DNA of 50,054 bases from an uncultured Nitrososphaerota archaeon (lineage in GTDB: Archaea; Thermoproteota; Methanomethylicia; Methanomethylicales; Methanomethylicaceae), in contig CAZEMX010000004.1 of assembly GCA_964513415.1 (NCBI GenBank), positions 1-50,054 of the forward strand, given 5' to 3'. The notes beneath the pieces were generated by a model. It was not told where the DNA came from. It was given only the letters and a program-made list of their open reading frames with translations, and did no database searches. The position numbers and the translations under genes are program-made. Positions 34,815 through 44,543 of this stretch are shown in pieces. How positions within the stretch are numbered: position 1 is the stretch's first letter; the number at the start of each line of letters is the position of its first letter.

Positions 34815-36127
34815 GGATGGCAGGAATTCTTGGCATATACCTATTTGACAGCAGATGGAACTCATACAACTTCGGCGTCTTCGGACTGATGGCGCTTCAG
34901 CACAGGGGGCAGGAGACTGCCGGCTTGGAGCTCTTCGGCGACTCGCGCGTGAAGCTTGCGGGAAAAGGGCTCGTGGAGCAGGTCGTTGCGTCCAGCACCG
35001 CGAAGGGGCACGTGTGCATAGGCGCGGTATCCCCATACCCACAGGAGGAGGCGGAGGTGCAGCCGATGGACCTGGCGGGCGGGGTCGTCGCAAGCATCGA
35101 CGGCAAGATAACGGCGGTCGACGGATACAAGTGGGACGCCTCGCTTAGCTACGAGGGGAACCTGAGGGGGGCGTATGCGTCGCTCTACGGTAAGAAGGCA
35201 GACATAGACTCGATCAAGGGCTTCTTCGGGAAGTGCAGGGGCGGATTCTCGTTCATAGCGGTGAACGACGGGAAGGAGATGGTTGCGGGCAGGGGCGCGC
35301 TCGGGGTCAAGCCGCTCGTGCTTGGGAAGATGGGCTTCGATGGCGGGATAGTAGCCTCGGAGAGCTGCGTCATGGATATCATAGGGGAGAGGGTGCCGAT
35401 CAGCCCGGCTGAGAACATCGAACCTGGTGAGGTGAGGGTATTCACGCCTATGTCGGCCTATAGCGAGCAGCAGATAACCCCCAAGAGCAGGGCCTACTGC
35501 GGCTTCGAGTACGTCTACCTCGCTAGGCCCGACTCTTACATCAACGATGTTCCTGTCTACAGGGTGAGGCGCAACATAGGCATGAAGCTGGCCCAGGAGA
35601 GCCCGGCTGATGCAGACGTGGTCATCGGGGTCCCAGAGACGGCGATGCCGTTCGCCATGGCTTACTCCAACGAGACAGGAATACCCGTGGAGAAGGGATT
35701 CGAGCTGACCGGGAGGAGGGTCAGGAGCGCCATGAAGCCCAACCAGGTGGAGAGGCTCAAGGGCGTCCAGCTCAAGCTCAACGTCATAAGCGAGGCGGTC
35801 AGGGGGAAGAGGGTCGTCCTTATTGACGACAGCGTCGTGAGGGGGAACACCCTTGCAAACATAGTGTACCTCATGAAGGAGAAGGGCGCGAAGGAGATAC
35901 ATGTGAGGATAGGGAGCCCGCATATAATCTCCCACTGCCCGTTCGGCGTGGAGGTCCCAGGGGAGGACGAGCTCATAGGCAAGCACCTCTCGGAGGACAA
36001 GATCGCAGAGGTTGTCGGGGCGGACTCGTTCAGGTACCTGAGCCTAGACGGATTCGTGGGGGCCACGGGGATGAGGGGGGAGGACCTGTGCACGGGCTGC
36101 TTCAGCTGCAGGTATCCGGAGGTGTGA
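34811..36127 (+). CDS. PurF-like amidophosphoribosyltransferase paralogue lacking the glutaminase nucleophile
   Basis: The N-terminus MRMAGILGIY has Ala where Cys1 should be (codon gca). ASIDGKI replaces the N-G oxyanion motif. LQHRGQETAG, the PRPP loop VVLIDDSVVRGNT and CTGCFSCRYP are retained. The start overlaps the purF stop as ATGA. Confidence 0.8.
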   Translation: MRMAGILGIYLFDSRWNSYNFGVFGLMALQHRGQETAGLELFGDSRVKLAGKGLVEQVVASSTAKGHVCIGAVSPYPQEEAEVQPMDLAGGVVASIDGKITAVDGYKWDASLSYEGNLRGAYASLYGKKADIDSIKGFFGKCRGGFSFIAVNDGKEMVAGRGALGVKPLVLGKMGFDGGIVASESCVMDIIGERVPISPAENIEPGEVRVFTPMSAYSEQQITPKSRAYCGFEYVYLARPDSYINDVPVYRVRRNIGMKLAQESPADADVVIGVPETAMPFAMAYSNETGIPVEKGFELTGRRVRSAMKPNQVERLKGVQLKLNVISEAVRGKRVVLIDDSVVRGNTLANIVYLMKEKGAKEIHVRIGSPHIISHCPFGVEVPGEDELIGKHLSEDKIAEVVGADSFRYLSLDGFVGATGMRGEDLCTGCFSCRYPEV

Positions 36128-36131
36128 TGGG

Positions 36132-37610
36132 ATGAAGATATTGCTTGTTGGTGGGGCCGGAAGGGAGCACGCAATAGCGCTGGCATTGAGGAGGAGTTCC
36201 AGGGAGCCGAGGATCAGTTGCTTCGCTGACCTAGTGAACCCCGGGATAAACAAGGTCGTCAAGGAGACGGGGGGCGAGTTCTTCCTCGGGAGCATCAACG
36301 ATCATGGGGCAATAATAAGGGCCGCCCAGAAGACGGGGGCGGACTTCGTCTTCATAGGGCCCGAGGAGCCGAACTTCCACGGCGTGCCGGACCGCATCGA
36401 GGAGAGCGGGATCAAGTGCATCGGCGCCGGCAGGAAGGTCGCCGAGCTCGAGATGTCGAAGGCGAGCATGCGGGACCTCCAGTGGAAGTACAAGATCCCA
36501 GGGCGCCTGTGGTACAAGAAGTTCAAGACATTCGAGGAGGCGCTCCCATACATCCAGGAGTATGCGGAGAGCGTGGCGCTGAAGCCTGCGAGGCAGTCGG
36601 GCGGAAAAGGGGTCAAGGTCATCGAGGACTTCCAGGTCTACCTGCAGGAGGACAAGCGGAAGGTGAAGAAGGAGCACGCCGAGATGATCGTGAAGGAGCA
36701 CATGAAGGATTACGACGACATAGACTACAAGCTCCTGATCGAGGAGAGGGTGTGGGGCCCAGAGTATACTGTGCAGTGCTTCACCGACGGCAGGACGGTC
36801 GTTCCGATGCCCGCCGTGCAGGACAACAAGCACGCGTTCGATGGCGACCTCGGACTCGAGACGGGCGGCATGGGGTCGATATCCTGCGGGATGAACCTGA
36901 AGTGGGGCGTGGACGACGACAGGGCAATCATCACGGAGGAGGAGTGCAGGCGCTCGGCAGACATAGTCAAGCTGATGATCGACGCAATTCAGAAGGACAC
37001 GGGGCAGAGGTACCACGGCATAGCGGCAGGGCAGATGATGCTCACATCAGTGTGGGGGCCCACGATCATAGAGATGTACTCCAGGCTGGGCGACCCGGAG
37101 GCTGGCAACGTGATGACCGCGCTGAAGACCGACCTAGTCGAGATCTGCGAGGGCATAATCGAGGAGCGCCTGAACACGGTCAAGGTAGAGTTCGAGGACA
37201 TGGCGGTAGCGGTCAAAGCGGTATGCCCCGAAGGATACCCGGACAAGAGGGACCTCGCAAAGGGCCACCCGGTCGCGCTGGACGGCGCAGGGGAAGGTGT
37301 GCTTTGGGCATCGGCCGAGGAGGCGGGCGGGGTCGTCCGCACCGGCGGCTCAAGGGTCGTGGAGTGCGTTGGCACCGGCGACTCCCTGCCTGAGGCGAGC
37401 GCAAGGGCGGAGGAGCTGACCAAGAGTGTCAGGCTCACGGATGGCTGGAGGACGTTCCACAGGAAGGACATAGGATCCGAGAAGTCCCTGCTCAGGAGGG
37501 TACAGCTGGGCAGCATGGCCAGGGACATATACAAGTACAGGGAGAGGAAGGGCCTCCTCGGCAAGAGGATGATGTGGGTGCCGGGCAAGGGGCTCGTGGA
37601 GGTTGGATGA
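36132..37610 (+). CDS. purD: Phosphoribosylamine-glycine ligase (GAR synthetase), with a C-terminal extension of about 50-60 aa
   Basis: MKILLVGGAGREHAIA N-terminus and an ATP-grasp core (KPARQSGGKGV, EERVWGPEYTVQ). 492 aa, versus about 430 typical. Confidence 0.9.
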   Translation: MKILLVGGAGREHAIALALRRSSREPRISCFADLVNPGINKVVKETGGEFFLGSINDHGAIIRAAQKTGADFVFIGPEEPNFHGVPDRIEESGIKCIGAGRKVAELEMSKASMRDLQWKYKIPGRLWYKKFKTFEEALPYIQEYAESVALKPARQSGGKGVKVIEDFQVYLQEDKRKVKKEHAEMIVKEHMKDYDDIDYKLLIEERVWGPEYTVQCFTDGRTVVPMPAVQDNKHAFDGDLGLETGGMGSISCGMNLKWGVDDDRAIITEEECRRSADIVKLMIDAIQKDTGQRYHGIAAGQMMLTSVWGPTIIEMYSRLGDPEAGNVMTALKTDLVEICEGIIEERLNTVKVEFEDMAVAVKAVCPEGYPDKRDLAKGHPVALDGAGEGVLWASAEEAGGVVRTGGSRVVECVGTGDSLPEASARAEELTKSVRLTDGWRTFHRKDIGSEKSLLRRVQLGSMARDIYKYRERKGLLGKRMMWVPGKGLVEVG

Positions 37611-37611
37611 G

Positions 37612-38991
37612 ATGCCGGGCAACAGGATGAGCAAAGAGGAGAGGTTTGAACTCATAAACAACATACCCTCGCTCATGAGGGAGTGGGAGGGCAGGCTTGC
37701 GCCGCTAGAGGCGCTGAACCCAAGGAGGCCGGCGACGTTCATATCGGTCGGGGGCGGCGAGCTGGGTGACCTGGCGGTCACGGCGGTCAAGAGGAACTAC
37801 GGCGGCATTGGCGGCGGCATCAAAGCGGTCGCCTTCGACAAGTACCAGGGGTTCCCTGCTCAGGATGCAGCCGAGGTCTCCGAGTGCTTCAACATGATGA
37901 ACGGCGACCTGCTTGAGGAGCGGATCAGGAGGCACGTCCCTGATCCGTCGGAGCCGCATGCAATCTACCTCGAGGTCGAGCGGATAGACACATACAGGGC
38001 CTACAGGATGGGCATCGAGAAGGGCTACAGGATAATGTCCACCCCCTTCGGACCTCTGGTATGCATGGACAGGCATGCCACCAAGATCATGTTCGACAAG
38101 CTGGACCTGGAGATGACGAGATGGAGGTATGCAGCCTCCAGCAGTGAGGTCGACGATGCGGCAAGGGAATTTGGGCTCCCGGTGATCGTGAAGCCGGTTA
38201 TGACCTCGAGCGGCCACGGCACATCGATAGTGAAGACCAAGGAGGAGCTGGCCAAGTGCTACGAGCACGCCGTTGAGCATGCAAGGGGGATCGGCAACGA
38301 GGTCATTGTCGAGGAGTACATCCCTGAGCTGAAGACCACGGGGACGGAGATAACACAGATAGTAGTGAGGCACTTCAATGCTGATGGCAAGATCGTCAAT
38401 TCGACGCTCCCCCCGATCGAGCACAAGCGCCCGGGCGCGACGTACCACGAGAGCTGGCTGCCATCCACCATATCGAAGGGGGCAGAGGCGAAGTGCAGGG
38501 AGGGCGCCGTTAAGATAGCGGACTTCATGGGCGGACTCGGGATATATGCGGTCGAGCAGTTCGTGATAGGCGACAGCGTCTACAACAACGAGGTTGCAAA
38601 CAGGCCGCACGACACGGGGCTGGTGACGAGGTGGATGCTCAACATGGACGAGGGTGCGCTGCAGCTCACATCTACGATAGGGCTCCAGATCAGCCAGTCA
38701 TCGATAAAGATAGCGCGCGGGGGGGTCTTCGGCGTCGCGCATGTCGTGCTAGCGCCCGACAGCATAACCGATGAGGTCGAGGTCGCCGGATGGGATGCGA
38801 GCAGGCTTAACGCCATGATGCCGGAGGGCGCAACGGGCGATGCATGGTACTTCGGCAAGCCGACGGCGTATGCCGGCAGGAGGATGGGCATGGCGATCGC
38901 CTTTGACAAGGACCTAGCGGAGGCCCGGACACAGGCGGGGGCGATAGCCCATCTTGCGGAAGGATGCATAAGCTACGGGAGGCGCGTCTGA
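37612..38991 (+). CDS. ATP-grasp enzyme of the PurT/PurK family (PurT-like signature)
   Basis: GGGELG Rossmann loop, LPVIVKPVMTSSGHG, and NEVANRPHDTGLVT (compare PurT E-V-S-P-R-P-H-D-T-G; PurK has H-N-S-G-H). N-terminal extension of about 45 aa. Start trimmed to the ATG at 37612. Confidence 0.7.
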   Translation: MPGNRMSKEERFELINNIPSLMREWEGRLAPLEALNPRRPATFISVGGGELGDLAVTAVKRNYGGIGGGIKAVAFDKYQGFPAQDAAEVSECFNMMNGDLLEERIRRHVPDPSEPHAIYLEVERIDTYRAYRMGIEKGYRIMSTPFGPLVCMDRHATKIMFDKLDLEMTRWRYAASSSEVDDAAREFGLPVIVKPVMTSSGHGTSIVKTKEELAKCYEHAVEHARGIGNEVIVEEYIPELKTTGTEITQIVVRHFNADGKIVNSTLPPIEHKRPGATYHESWLPSTISKGAEAKCREGAVKIADFMGGLGIYAVEQFVIGDSVYNNEVANRPHDTGLVTRWMLNMDEGALQLTSTIGLQISQSSIKIARGGVFGVAHVVLAPDSITDEVEVAGWDASRLNAMMPEGATGDAWYFGKPTAYAGRRMGMAIAFDKDLAEARTQAGAIAHLAEGCISYGRRV

Positions 38992-39425
38992 TGCCGAAGG
39001 CGGCAGTAATCGTCGGGAGCAAGTCGGACGAGAAGCTCGGCAGCGATGCCGTGGCGCTCCTCAAGTCGTACGGAATAGACTGCGATTACAGGGTGATCTC
39101 TGCCCATAGGGACCCCGAGGGGCTGGACCGGTTCATTGCAGAATCCGACGCCGAGGTCTTCATAGCAGTGGCTGGGCTTTCGGCTGCCCTGCCGGGGGTG
39201 ATAGCTTCCAAGACGGTTAGGCCCGTCATCGGCGTGCCCAAGGATGCGAAGCTGATGGGGATCGACTCGTTGCTATCGATGGTCCAGATGCCGCCCGGCG
39301 TGCCCGTGGCGACGGTTGGAGTCGACAACTGGAAGAATGCGGCCATACTGGCGGTCGAGATTCTTGCGATGAAGTATCCGCAGCTTGTTGCGAAGCTCGA
39401 AGAGGAGAGGAGGTCAAGCAGGTGA
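38991..39425 (+). CDS. purE: N5-CAIR mutase (class I-like PurE)
   Basis: VIVGSKSD, SAHRDP, AGLSAALPGV. The ATG at 38991 overlaps the upstream TGA (TGATG). Confidence 0.9.
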   Translation: MPKAAVIVGSKSDEKLGSDAVALLKSYGIDCDYRVISAHRDPEGLDRFIAESDAEVFIAVAGLSAALPGVIASKTVRPVIGVPKDAKLMGIDSLLSMVQMPPGVPVATVGVDNWKNAAILAVEILAMKYPQLVAKLEEERRSSR

Positions 39426-39691
39426 AGAGGGTCAGAGTTGAGATAAGGCTGAAGCCAGGGCATTTCGACCCGGAGGGCGACGTTACTGCAAAGTCGCTCA
39501 GGGACCTAGGTTTCGCGGTCTCAAAGGTCGGCGTAAGCAAAGCGTATACCATAGACCTTGAGGCGGAGAGCGATTCGGCGGCAGTCGAGGCGGCAAATGC
39601 GATGTGCAGGAAACTGCTCGCTAACCCGACTAAGGATAACTTCAGCGTGGAGGTACTCAAGGTTGAGGAAGGCACTCATAAAGAAGGCTAG
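39422..39691 (+). CDS. purS: FGAM synthase PurS subunit
   Basis: 89 aa: VRVEIRLKPGHFDPEGDVTAKSLRDLGF....LANPTKDNFSVEV. GTG start overlapping the purE stop. Confidence 0.85.
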   Translation: MKRVRVEIRLKPGHFDPEGDVTAKSLRDLGFAVSKVGVSKAYTIDLEAESDSAAVEAANAMCRKLLANPTKDNFSVEVLKVEEGTHKEG

Positions 39692-42008
39692 CGACAGCCC
39701 AGAGGTCTATACGATAAACCTGAGGGATGCCAACGACGAAGAATTGGTAGAGATCAGCGGCGAGATGGGCCTGGCGCTGAGCCTCGCCGAGATGAGGGCA
39801 CTCAAGAAGATCTTCACCAAAGCGCCAACGGACGTCGAGCTGCAGACCTTCGGGCAGACGTGGTCGGAGCACTGCATCCACAAGACGTTCAGGGGCGACG
39901 TGGTCACCGAGAGGGGAGTAGTGAGAAACCTGCTCAAGAGCTACATAGCCAAGGCGACCAACGAGCTCAACAAGCCGTGGTGCTTCTCGGTCTTCGAGGA
40001 CAATGCAGGGCTGGTCGAGTTCGACAAGTGCACGGTGGTGGCAGCCAAGGTGGAGACGCACAACCACCCGTCTGCTGTCGAGCCTTTCGGCGGAGCGGCG
40101 ACGGGCGTGGGAGGCGTCATAAGGGACATACTCGGCGTCTGGGGCGAGCCGATCGCGGTCTCGGATGTCCTCTGCTTCGGCCCGCTGGACGCGAAACAGG
40201 AGGAGCTCCCGCCGGGGGTGAAGCACCCCAAGTACATCTACAAGGGCGTCGTCGCTGGCGTCGGGAGCTATGGCAACAACATGGGTCTGCCGACGGTCTC
40301 AGGGGCAGTGATCTTCGACAGGCAGTACACAGGAAACGTTATCGTTTACTGCGGCGCGTTCGGCGTCCTCCCTAAGGAGAAGTATATCAAGGACACAAGG
40401 GAGGGCGACCTTGCAGTGCTGGCAGGGGGCAAGACAGGCAGGGACGGGATACACGGGGTCACCTTCGCGTCGGCAGACCTCTCGGAGGAGGCCGAAAGCC
40501 TCAGGTCCGCCGTCCAGATACCCAACCCGCTCGTCGAGGAGAGGCTGAGGAGGGCGACGCTGAGGATAAGGGACGGGAGGCTCGCGACGGGCGTAACCGA
40601 CCTTGGCGGAGGCGGAGTTTCCTGCGCCACCGGCGAGATGGCTTACAGGTCTGGGCTCGGGCTCACCGTCGATATCGGCAAGATGCACCTCAAGGAGCCC
40701 GACCTTGCGCCATGGGAGATATGGGTCTCGGAGTCCCAAGAGAGGATGCTCTACTCCATTCCTGAGGAGAAGTTCGGTAGCGTGTCGGAGATCCTTGAGG
40801 AGGAGGAGATAGAGTACTGCGTGCTTGGGAGGTTCGACAAGAGCGGCAGGCTGAGGGTTGTCATGGGGGAGGAGGTCGTCTGCGACCTCGATCTCGAGAC
40901 GCTATACTCGCCCCCCAAGGTCATAAGGAAGGCCAAGGAGGAGGTTTACCATCCAAAGAATGTCGAGCTCGAGGAGCCGAAGGACCTCGAGGGGGAGATA
41001 CTCTCGCTGCTCTCGGAACCAAACCTGAGGAGCAGGGAGGGCGTGATAAGGACATATGATCACGAGGTCAGGGCAGCCACCGCCATAAAGCCGCTCCAAG
41101 GACCGGAGGGCGGCCCGAATGATGCGGCGGTCCTGAAGCCGCTCAGCGACTCATGGATGGGGCTGGTCATATCATGCGGCCTGAACCCGTTCCTGCCGGA
41201 CGCGTATTGGATGGCGGCGGCATCGATAGAGGAGGCGGTCAGGAACAACGTCGCCGTCGGCGGCAGGAGGGTGGCGATCCTAGACAACTTCGTCTGGGGC
41301 AATCCTGAAAAGGAGGACAGGATGGGGAGCCTTCTGAGGGCGTGCGAGGCGTGCTATGACTTCTCGAAGGCGCTCGATGTGCCATTCATATCGGGAAAGG
41401 ACAGCCTTTACAACGAATCGCCGCTTGGACCAGTAAGGCCAACGCTGCTGATAACAGGGATAGGGATAATCCCCGACGTGAGGAGGGCCGTTACCACGGA
41501 GCTGAAGGGGGAAGGAAATCCGATCTACGTCATCGGGATGACCAAGGACGAACTAGGAGGGTCGGCTTACTACAGGTCGAAGGGGCTGGACGGGGGGGAA
41601 GTCCCGAAGGCGAACGGCCCCATGGCAAAGGCAGTCATGAGCGCACTGACGACAAGCATGGACATGGGGATCGTAAGGGCCTGCCATGACGTTTCCGAGG
41701 GCGGGATCGGCTTGGCGGCAGCAGAGATGGCTATAGCATCCCCTAGGCGGGGCATCAAGATGGACCTGAAGAGGGTCCCGTCTCAGACGAAGAGGAGCGA
41801 CAGCATCATCTTCTCCGAGTCGACGGGAAGGTTCCTCGTCGAGGCGGATGCCGGGAGGGCCGAGGAGTTTGAGAGGATATTCTATGGCCTGCCGGGAGCC
41901 AGGATAGGGGAGGTCGTCGATGGTTCGAGGCTGGCATTCATGGATATGGGCGGCAGGGAGTACAGCATAGATTCGAAGAGGCTCAGGCTTGCGTGGAGGG
42001 GATACTGA
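39663..42008 (+). CDS. purL: FGAM synthase II
   Basis: WSEHCIHKTF, ETHNHPSAVEPFGGAATGVGGVIRD. Start set at the TTG at 39663, the last start-capable codon before the conserved N-terminus; the track ORF starts at a TTG at 39558 inside purS. Confidence 0.9.
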   Translation: MRKALIKKASDSPEVYTINLRDANDEELVEISGEMGLALSLAEMRALKKIFTKAPTDVELQTFGQTWSEHCIHKTFRGDVVTERGVVRNLLKSYIAKATNELNKPWCFSVFEDNAGLVEFDKCTVVAAKVETHNHPSAVEPFGGAATGVGGVIRDILGVWGEPIAVSDVLCFGPLDAKQEELPPGVKHPKYIYKGVVAGVGSYGNNMGLPTVSGAVIFDRQYTGNVIVYCGAFGVLPKEKYIKDTREGDLAVLAGGKTGRDGIHGVTFASADLSEEAESLRSAVQIPNPLVEERLRRATLRIRDGRLATGVTDLGGGGVSCATGEMAYRSGLGLTVDIGKMHLKEPDLAPWEIWVSESQERMLYSIPEEKFGSVSEILEEEEIEYCVLGRFDKSGRLRVVMGEEVVCDLDLETLYSPPKVIRKAKEEVYHPKNVELEEPKDLEGEILSLLSEPNLRSREGVIRTYDHEVRAATAIKPLQGPEGGPNDAAVLKPLSDSWMGLVISCGLNPFLPDAYWMAAASIEEAVRNNVAVGGRRVAILDNFVWGNPEKEDRMGSLLRACEACYDFSKALDVPFISGKDSLYNESPLGPVRPTLLITGIGIIPDVRRAVTTELKGEGNPIYVIGMTKDELGGSAYYRSKGLDGGEVPKANGPMAKAVMSALTTSMDMGIVRACHDVSEGGIGLAAAEMAIASPRRGIKMDLKRVPSQTKRSDSIIFSESTGRFLVEADAGRAEEFERIFYGLPGARIGEVVDGSRLAFMDMGGREYSIDSKRLRLAWRGY

Positions 42009-42805
42009 TGAAATTGAAACAGGCAAAGGCTTGCGTGCTGAGGGTTGGCGGAACCAACTGTGACCTCGAGATCAGGGCAGCCCTCACGGAGCTCGGCCTC
42101 AACACAGACGTGCTCCATATGAACCAGGCGATAAAGAGGGGGCTCTCGGAGTACCAAATGCTCGTCTTCCCGGGCGGATTCTCATACGGCGACTATGTGA
42201 GGGCTGGCGCAATATGGGGGAAGGAGGTCGTGACGAGGCTTGGCAAGGACCTCGAGAGGTTCATAGACGAAGAGAAGCTCGTAATGGGCATATGCAACGG
42301 CTTCCAGGTGCTGGTCGAGACGGGGGCACTCCCAGGCGACGGCGCGTCTGCGAGCGGCATCCCGACCGCCGTACTTGCCAACAACAACTCCGCGAAGTAC
42401 GAGTGCCGGTGGGTCCGCCTTAAGGTCGAGTCGAAGAGGACACCCTTCACGTCTGCGCTGAACAAGGACCAGGTCATCGCGGTGCCGGTGGGGCATGGCG
42501 AGGGGAGGCTCGTGCTCCAGTCGGAGGGCATGCTGGAAGACCTCATCAGCGAGAGGCAGGTCGTATTCAGGTACGCGCTTGAGGACGGGAGCCCCGCCTG
42601 CGGCAAGTATCCGGAGAACCCTAACGGGGCAATCTTCGATATCGCGGGCATCTGCAACAAGAAGGGCAACGTGATGGGCATGATGCCGCACCCGGAGAGG
42701 GCATTCTACGGCTGGCAACTGCCGAGCTGGGGAGAGGGGCCGCCCGAGTTCGGGGATGGAAGGGCCATATTTGAGGGCGCAATAGCATACATAAAGAAGA
42801 TGTGA
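42008..42805 (+). CDS. purQ: FGAM synthase I (glutaminase subunit)
   Basis: GICNGFQVL (nucleophile Cys) and MMPHPERA (His-Glu). The ATG at 42008 overlaps the purL TGA. Confidence 0.9.
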   Translation: MKLKQAKACVLRVGGTNCDLEIRAALTELGLNTDVLHMNQAIKRGLSEYQMLVFPGGFSYGDYVRAGAIWGKEVVTRLGKDLERFIDEEKLVMGICNGFQVLVETGALPGDGASASGIPTAVLANNNSAKYECRWVRLKVESKRTPFTSALNKDQVIAVPVGHGEGRLVLQSEGMLEDLISERQVVFRYALEDGSPACGKYPENPNGAIFDIAGICNKKGNVMGMMPHPERAFYGWQLPSWGEGPPEFGDGRAIFEGAIAYIKKM

Positions 42806-42869
42806 GCGCGGGGCTTCTGCGCCCGACCACATTTTACCGTATGGCGGGCAAGAGATAAGCGGGGCAGCA

Positions 42870-44405
42870 TCAGAGGCCATATACCCGCTCATACTTCGAG
42901 TTCAGGTAGCTAGCGAAGTGCCTCGGCTCCAATCCCTCCCCCGTTATTATCCGGAGCAGGTCTAGCGGGTTGTGGAGGTTTCCGTGCGAGTGCACGTTGC
43001 GGTTCAGCCACTCCCTCACGCCCAAGAAGCGCCCGTTCTGCACATGGCTGCGCCATTCAGGCATCTCCCTCTCCAGCTTTGCATGCAGTTGCCCGCAGAT
43101 GATGTTCCCGATCGCGTATGAGGGGAAGTAACCGAAGTACCCCTGCGACCAGTGGACATCCTGCAGAACGCCCTCCGCGTCGTCCTTGATATCGACCCCA
43201 AGGTACTTCGAGTACTTCTCATTCCAGACCTGTGGCAGCTCATCCACGCGCAGCCTCTCGGCAAATAGGTCGCGCTCGATCTCGAACCTTATGATTATGT
43301 GCATCGCGTACGTTGCCTCGTCTGCCTCGACCCGGATCTTCGAGGGCTTTACGACGTTGACGCCCTGCACCGCATCCCTGTAATCTAGCGCCGCGAGCTC
43401 CGGGGCAAGCAACTTCAGCTCCGGCAGGTAATAGGACCAGAACTCGGGCGATCGACCTATCACGTTCTCAACAAACCGCGACTGGGACTCGTGGAGGCAG
43501 AAGGAGCAGGCCGCGCCGACCGGCTGGAACATCCACTCGCGTGGCAGGCTCTGCTCATACATGGCATGCCCACCCTCATGGAGTATGGAAAAGAGCGACG
43601 AGACGAAGTTGTTCTCCATGTAGTGGGTCGTGATCCTCACGTCGTCATAGAACCCTATCGTGAAGGGATGCTCGGTCTCGTCAATCCGCCCCCGTGCCTT
43701 ATCGGATTCTATCTCGTACCCTATGAACTTAGCCAAGGAATTTGATATGCGCGACTGGCTCGCGGTCGGGACCGATACGCCTAGGGCGGCTAGATTGACC
43801 TTCGAGGATTCGGCGGACCACTTTGAGATTATTGGTGTGAGCAGGGCCTTGAGCTGATCGAAGGCATTCGAGATGGTATCCTGAGGGATCTTTGGGTCAA
43901 ACGAATCCAAGGCGGCGTCGTATGGCGTCTTCACTCCCTTGGGTTCCATGAGGAGGAGGGCTGCGCGCCTCTTGAGGTCAAACATCCGGCTCAGGTCCGG
44001 CTTGAATATGGAGAAGTCCTTCGCATGCTTTGCCTTGCGCCAGACGCTGAAGCACGCGACGCTGTGCTTGGAGGTCTCTGCCACGAGATCTTCTGGAAGC
44101 GCCACATTCTCTGAATATGCCCGCTTTATCAGGTAGACATTCCTGCGCTGCACCTCGGAGAGGGATGGATAATCGGCGTGGCTGAGAACCGCTTCGAGCA
44201 GCTGCCCCAGCTCAGGATCTATAGCCATCTTATGATCCATGCGGCTCAGCAATGCCAGCTGCTCGCCCCTGAGGGCGGAGCCTCCGGGGGGCATCTTGGT
44301 CTCCATGTCCCACTGCAGCATGGCCTCAGAGCTCAATAATACGGCGTAATCCCTGTACCTAGCGTTTAGGAGGTTGTAGCGCTCAATGAGTGCATTTGTG
44401 ACCAT
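42870..44405 (-). CDS. M32 carboxypeptidase (Taq-type thermostable carboxypeptidase 1)
   Basis: HEGGHAMYEQ (HExxH), HESQSRFVEN, IRVEADEATY. These are all M32 signature motifs. Confidence 0.9.
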   Translation of the reverse strand: MVTNALIERYNLLNARYRDYAVLLSSEAMLQWDMETKMPPGGSALRGEQLALLSRMDHKMAIDPELGQLLEAVLSHADYPSLSEVQRRNVYLIKRAYSENVALPEDLVAETSKHSVACFSVWRKAKHAKDFSIFKPDLSRMFDLKRRAALLLMEPKGVKTPYDAALDSFDPKIPQDTISNAFDQLKALLTPIISKWSAESSKVNLAALGVSVPTASQSRISNSLAKFIGYEIESDKARGRIDETEHPFTIGFYDDVRITTHYMENNFVSSLFSILHEGGHAMYEQSLPREWMFQPVGAACSFCLHESQSRFVENVIGRSPEFWSYYLPELKLLAPELAALDYRDAVQGVNVVKPSKIRVEADEATYAMHIIIRFEIERDLFAERLRVDELPQVWNEKYSKYLGVDIKDDAEGVLQDVHWSQGYFGYFPSYAIGNIICGQLHAKLEREMPEWRSHVQNGRFLGVREWLNRNVHSHGNLHNPLDLLRIITGEGLEPRHFASYLNSKYERVYGL

Positions 44406-44543
44406 TCAAGATCGCCACGATATGGATATTGTCAAGTCGGCAGTATATTAAAGAAGCGCAATTTTACCGCCGGGTCCTAGCAAGTAAGAAAATTATATTA
44501 CAAACTAATTATCGAGGGTAACAACAATAAAGGTGCCATTGTT

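Noticed and set aside
34811-36127. The possibility that the second purF-like gene is a frameshifted or duplicated assembly artefact of purF
   Set aside because: The two proteins are full length, differ throughout at nucleotide and protein level, and are joined by a clean ATGA overlap. They are genuine paralogues, not a collapsed repeat.
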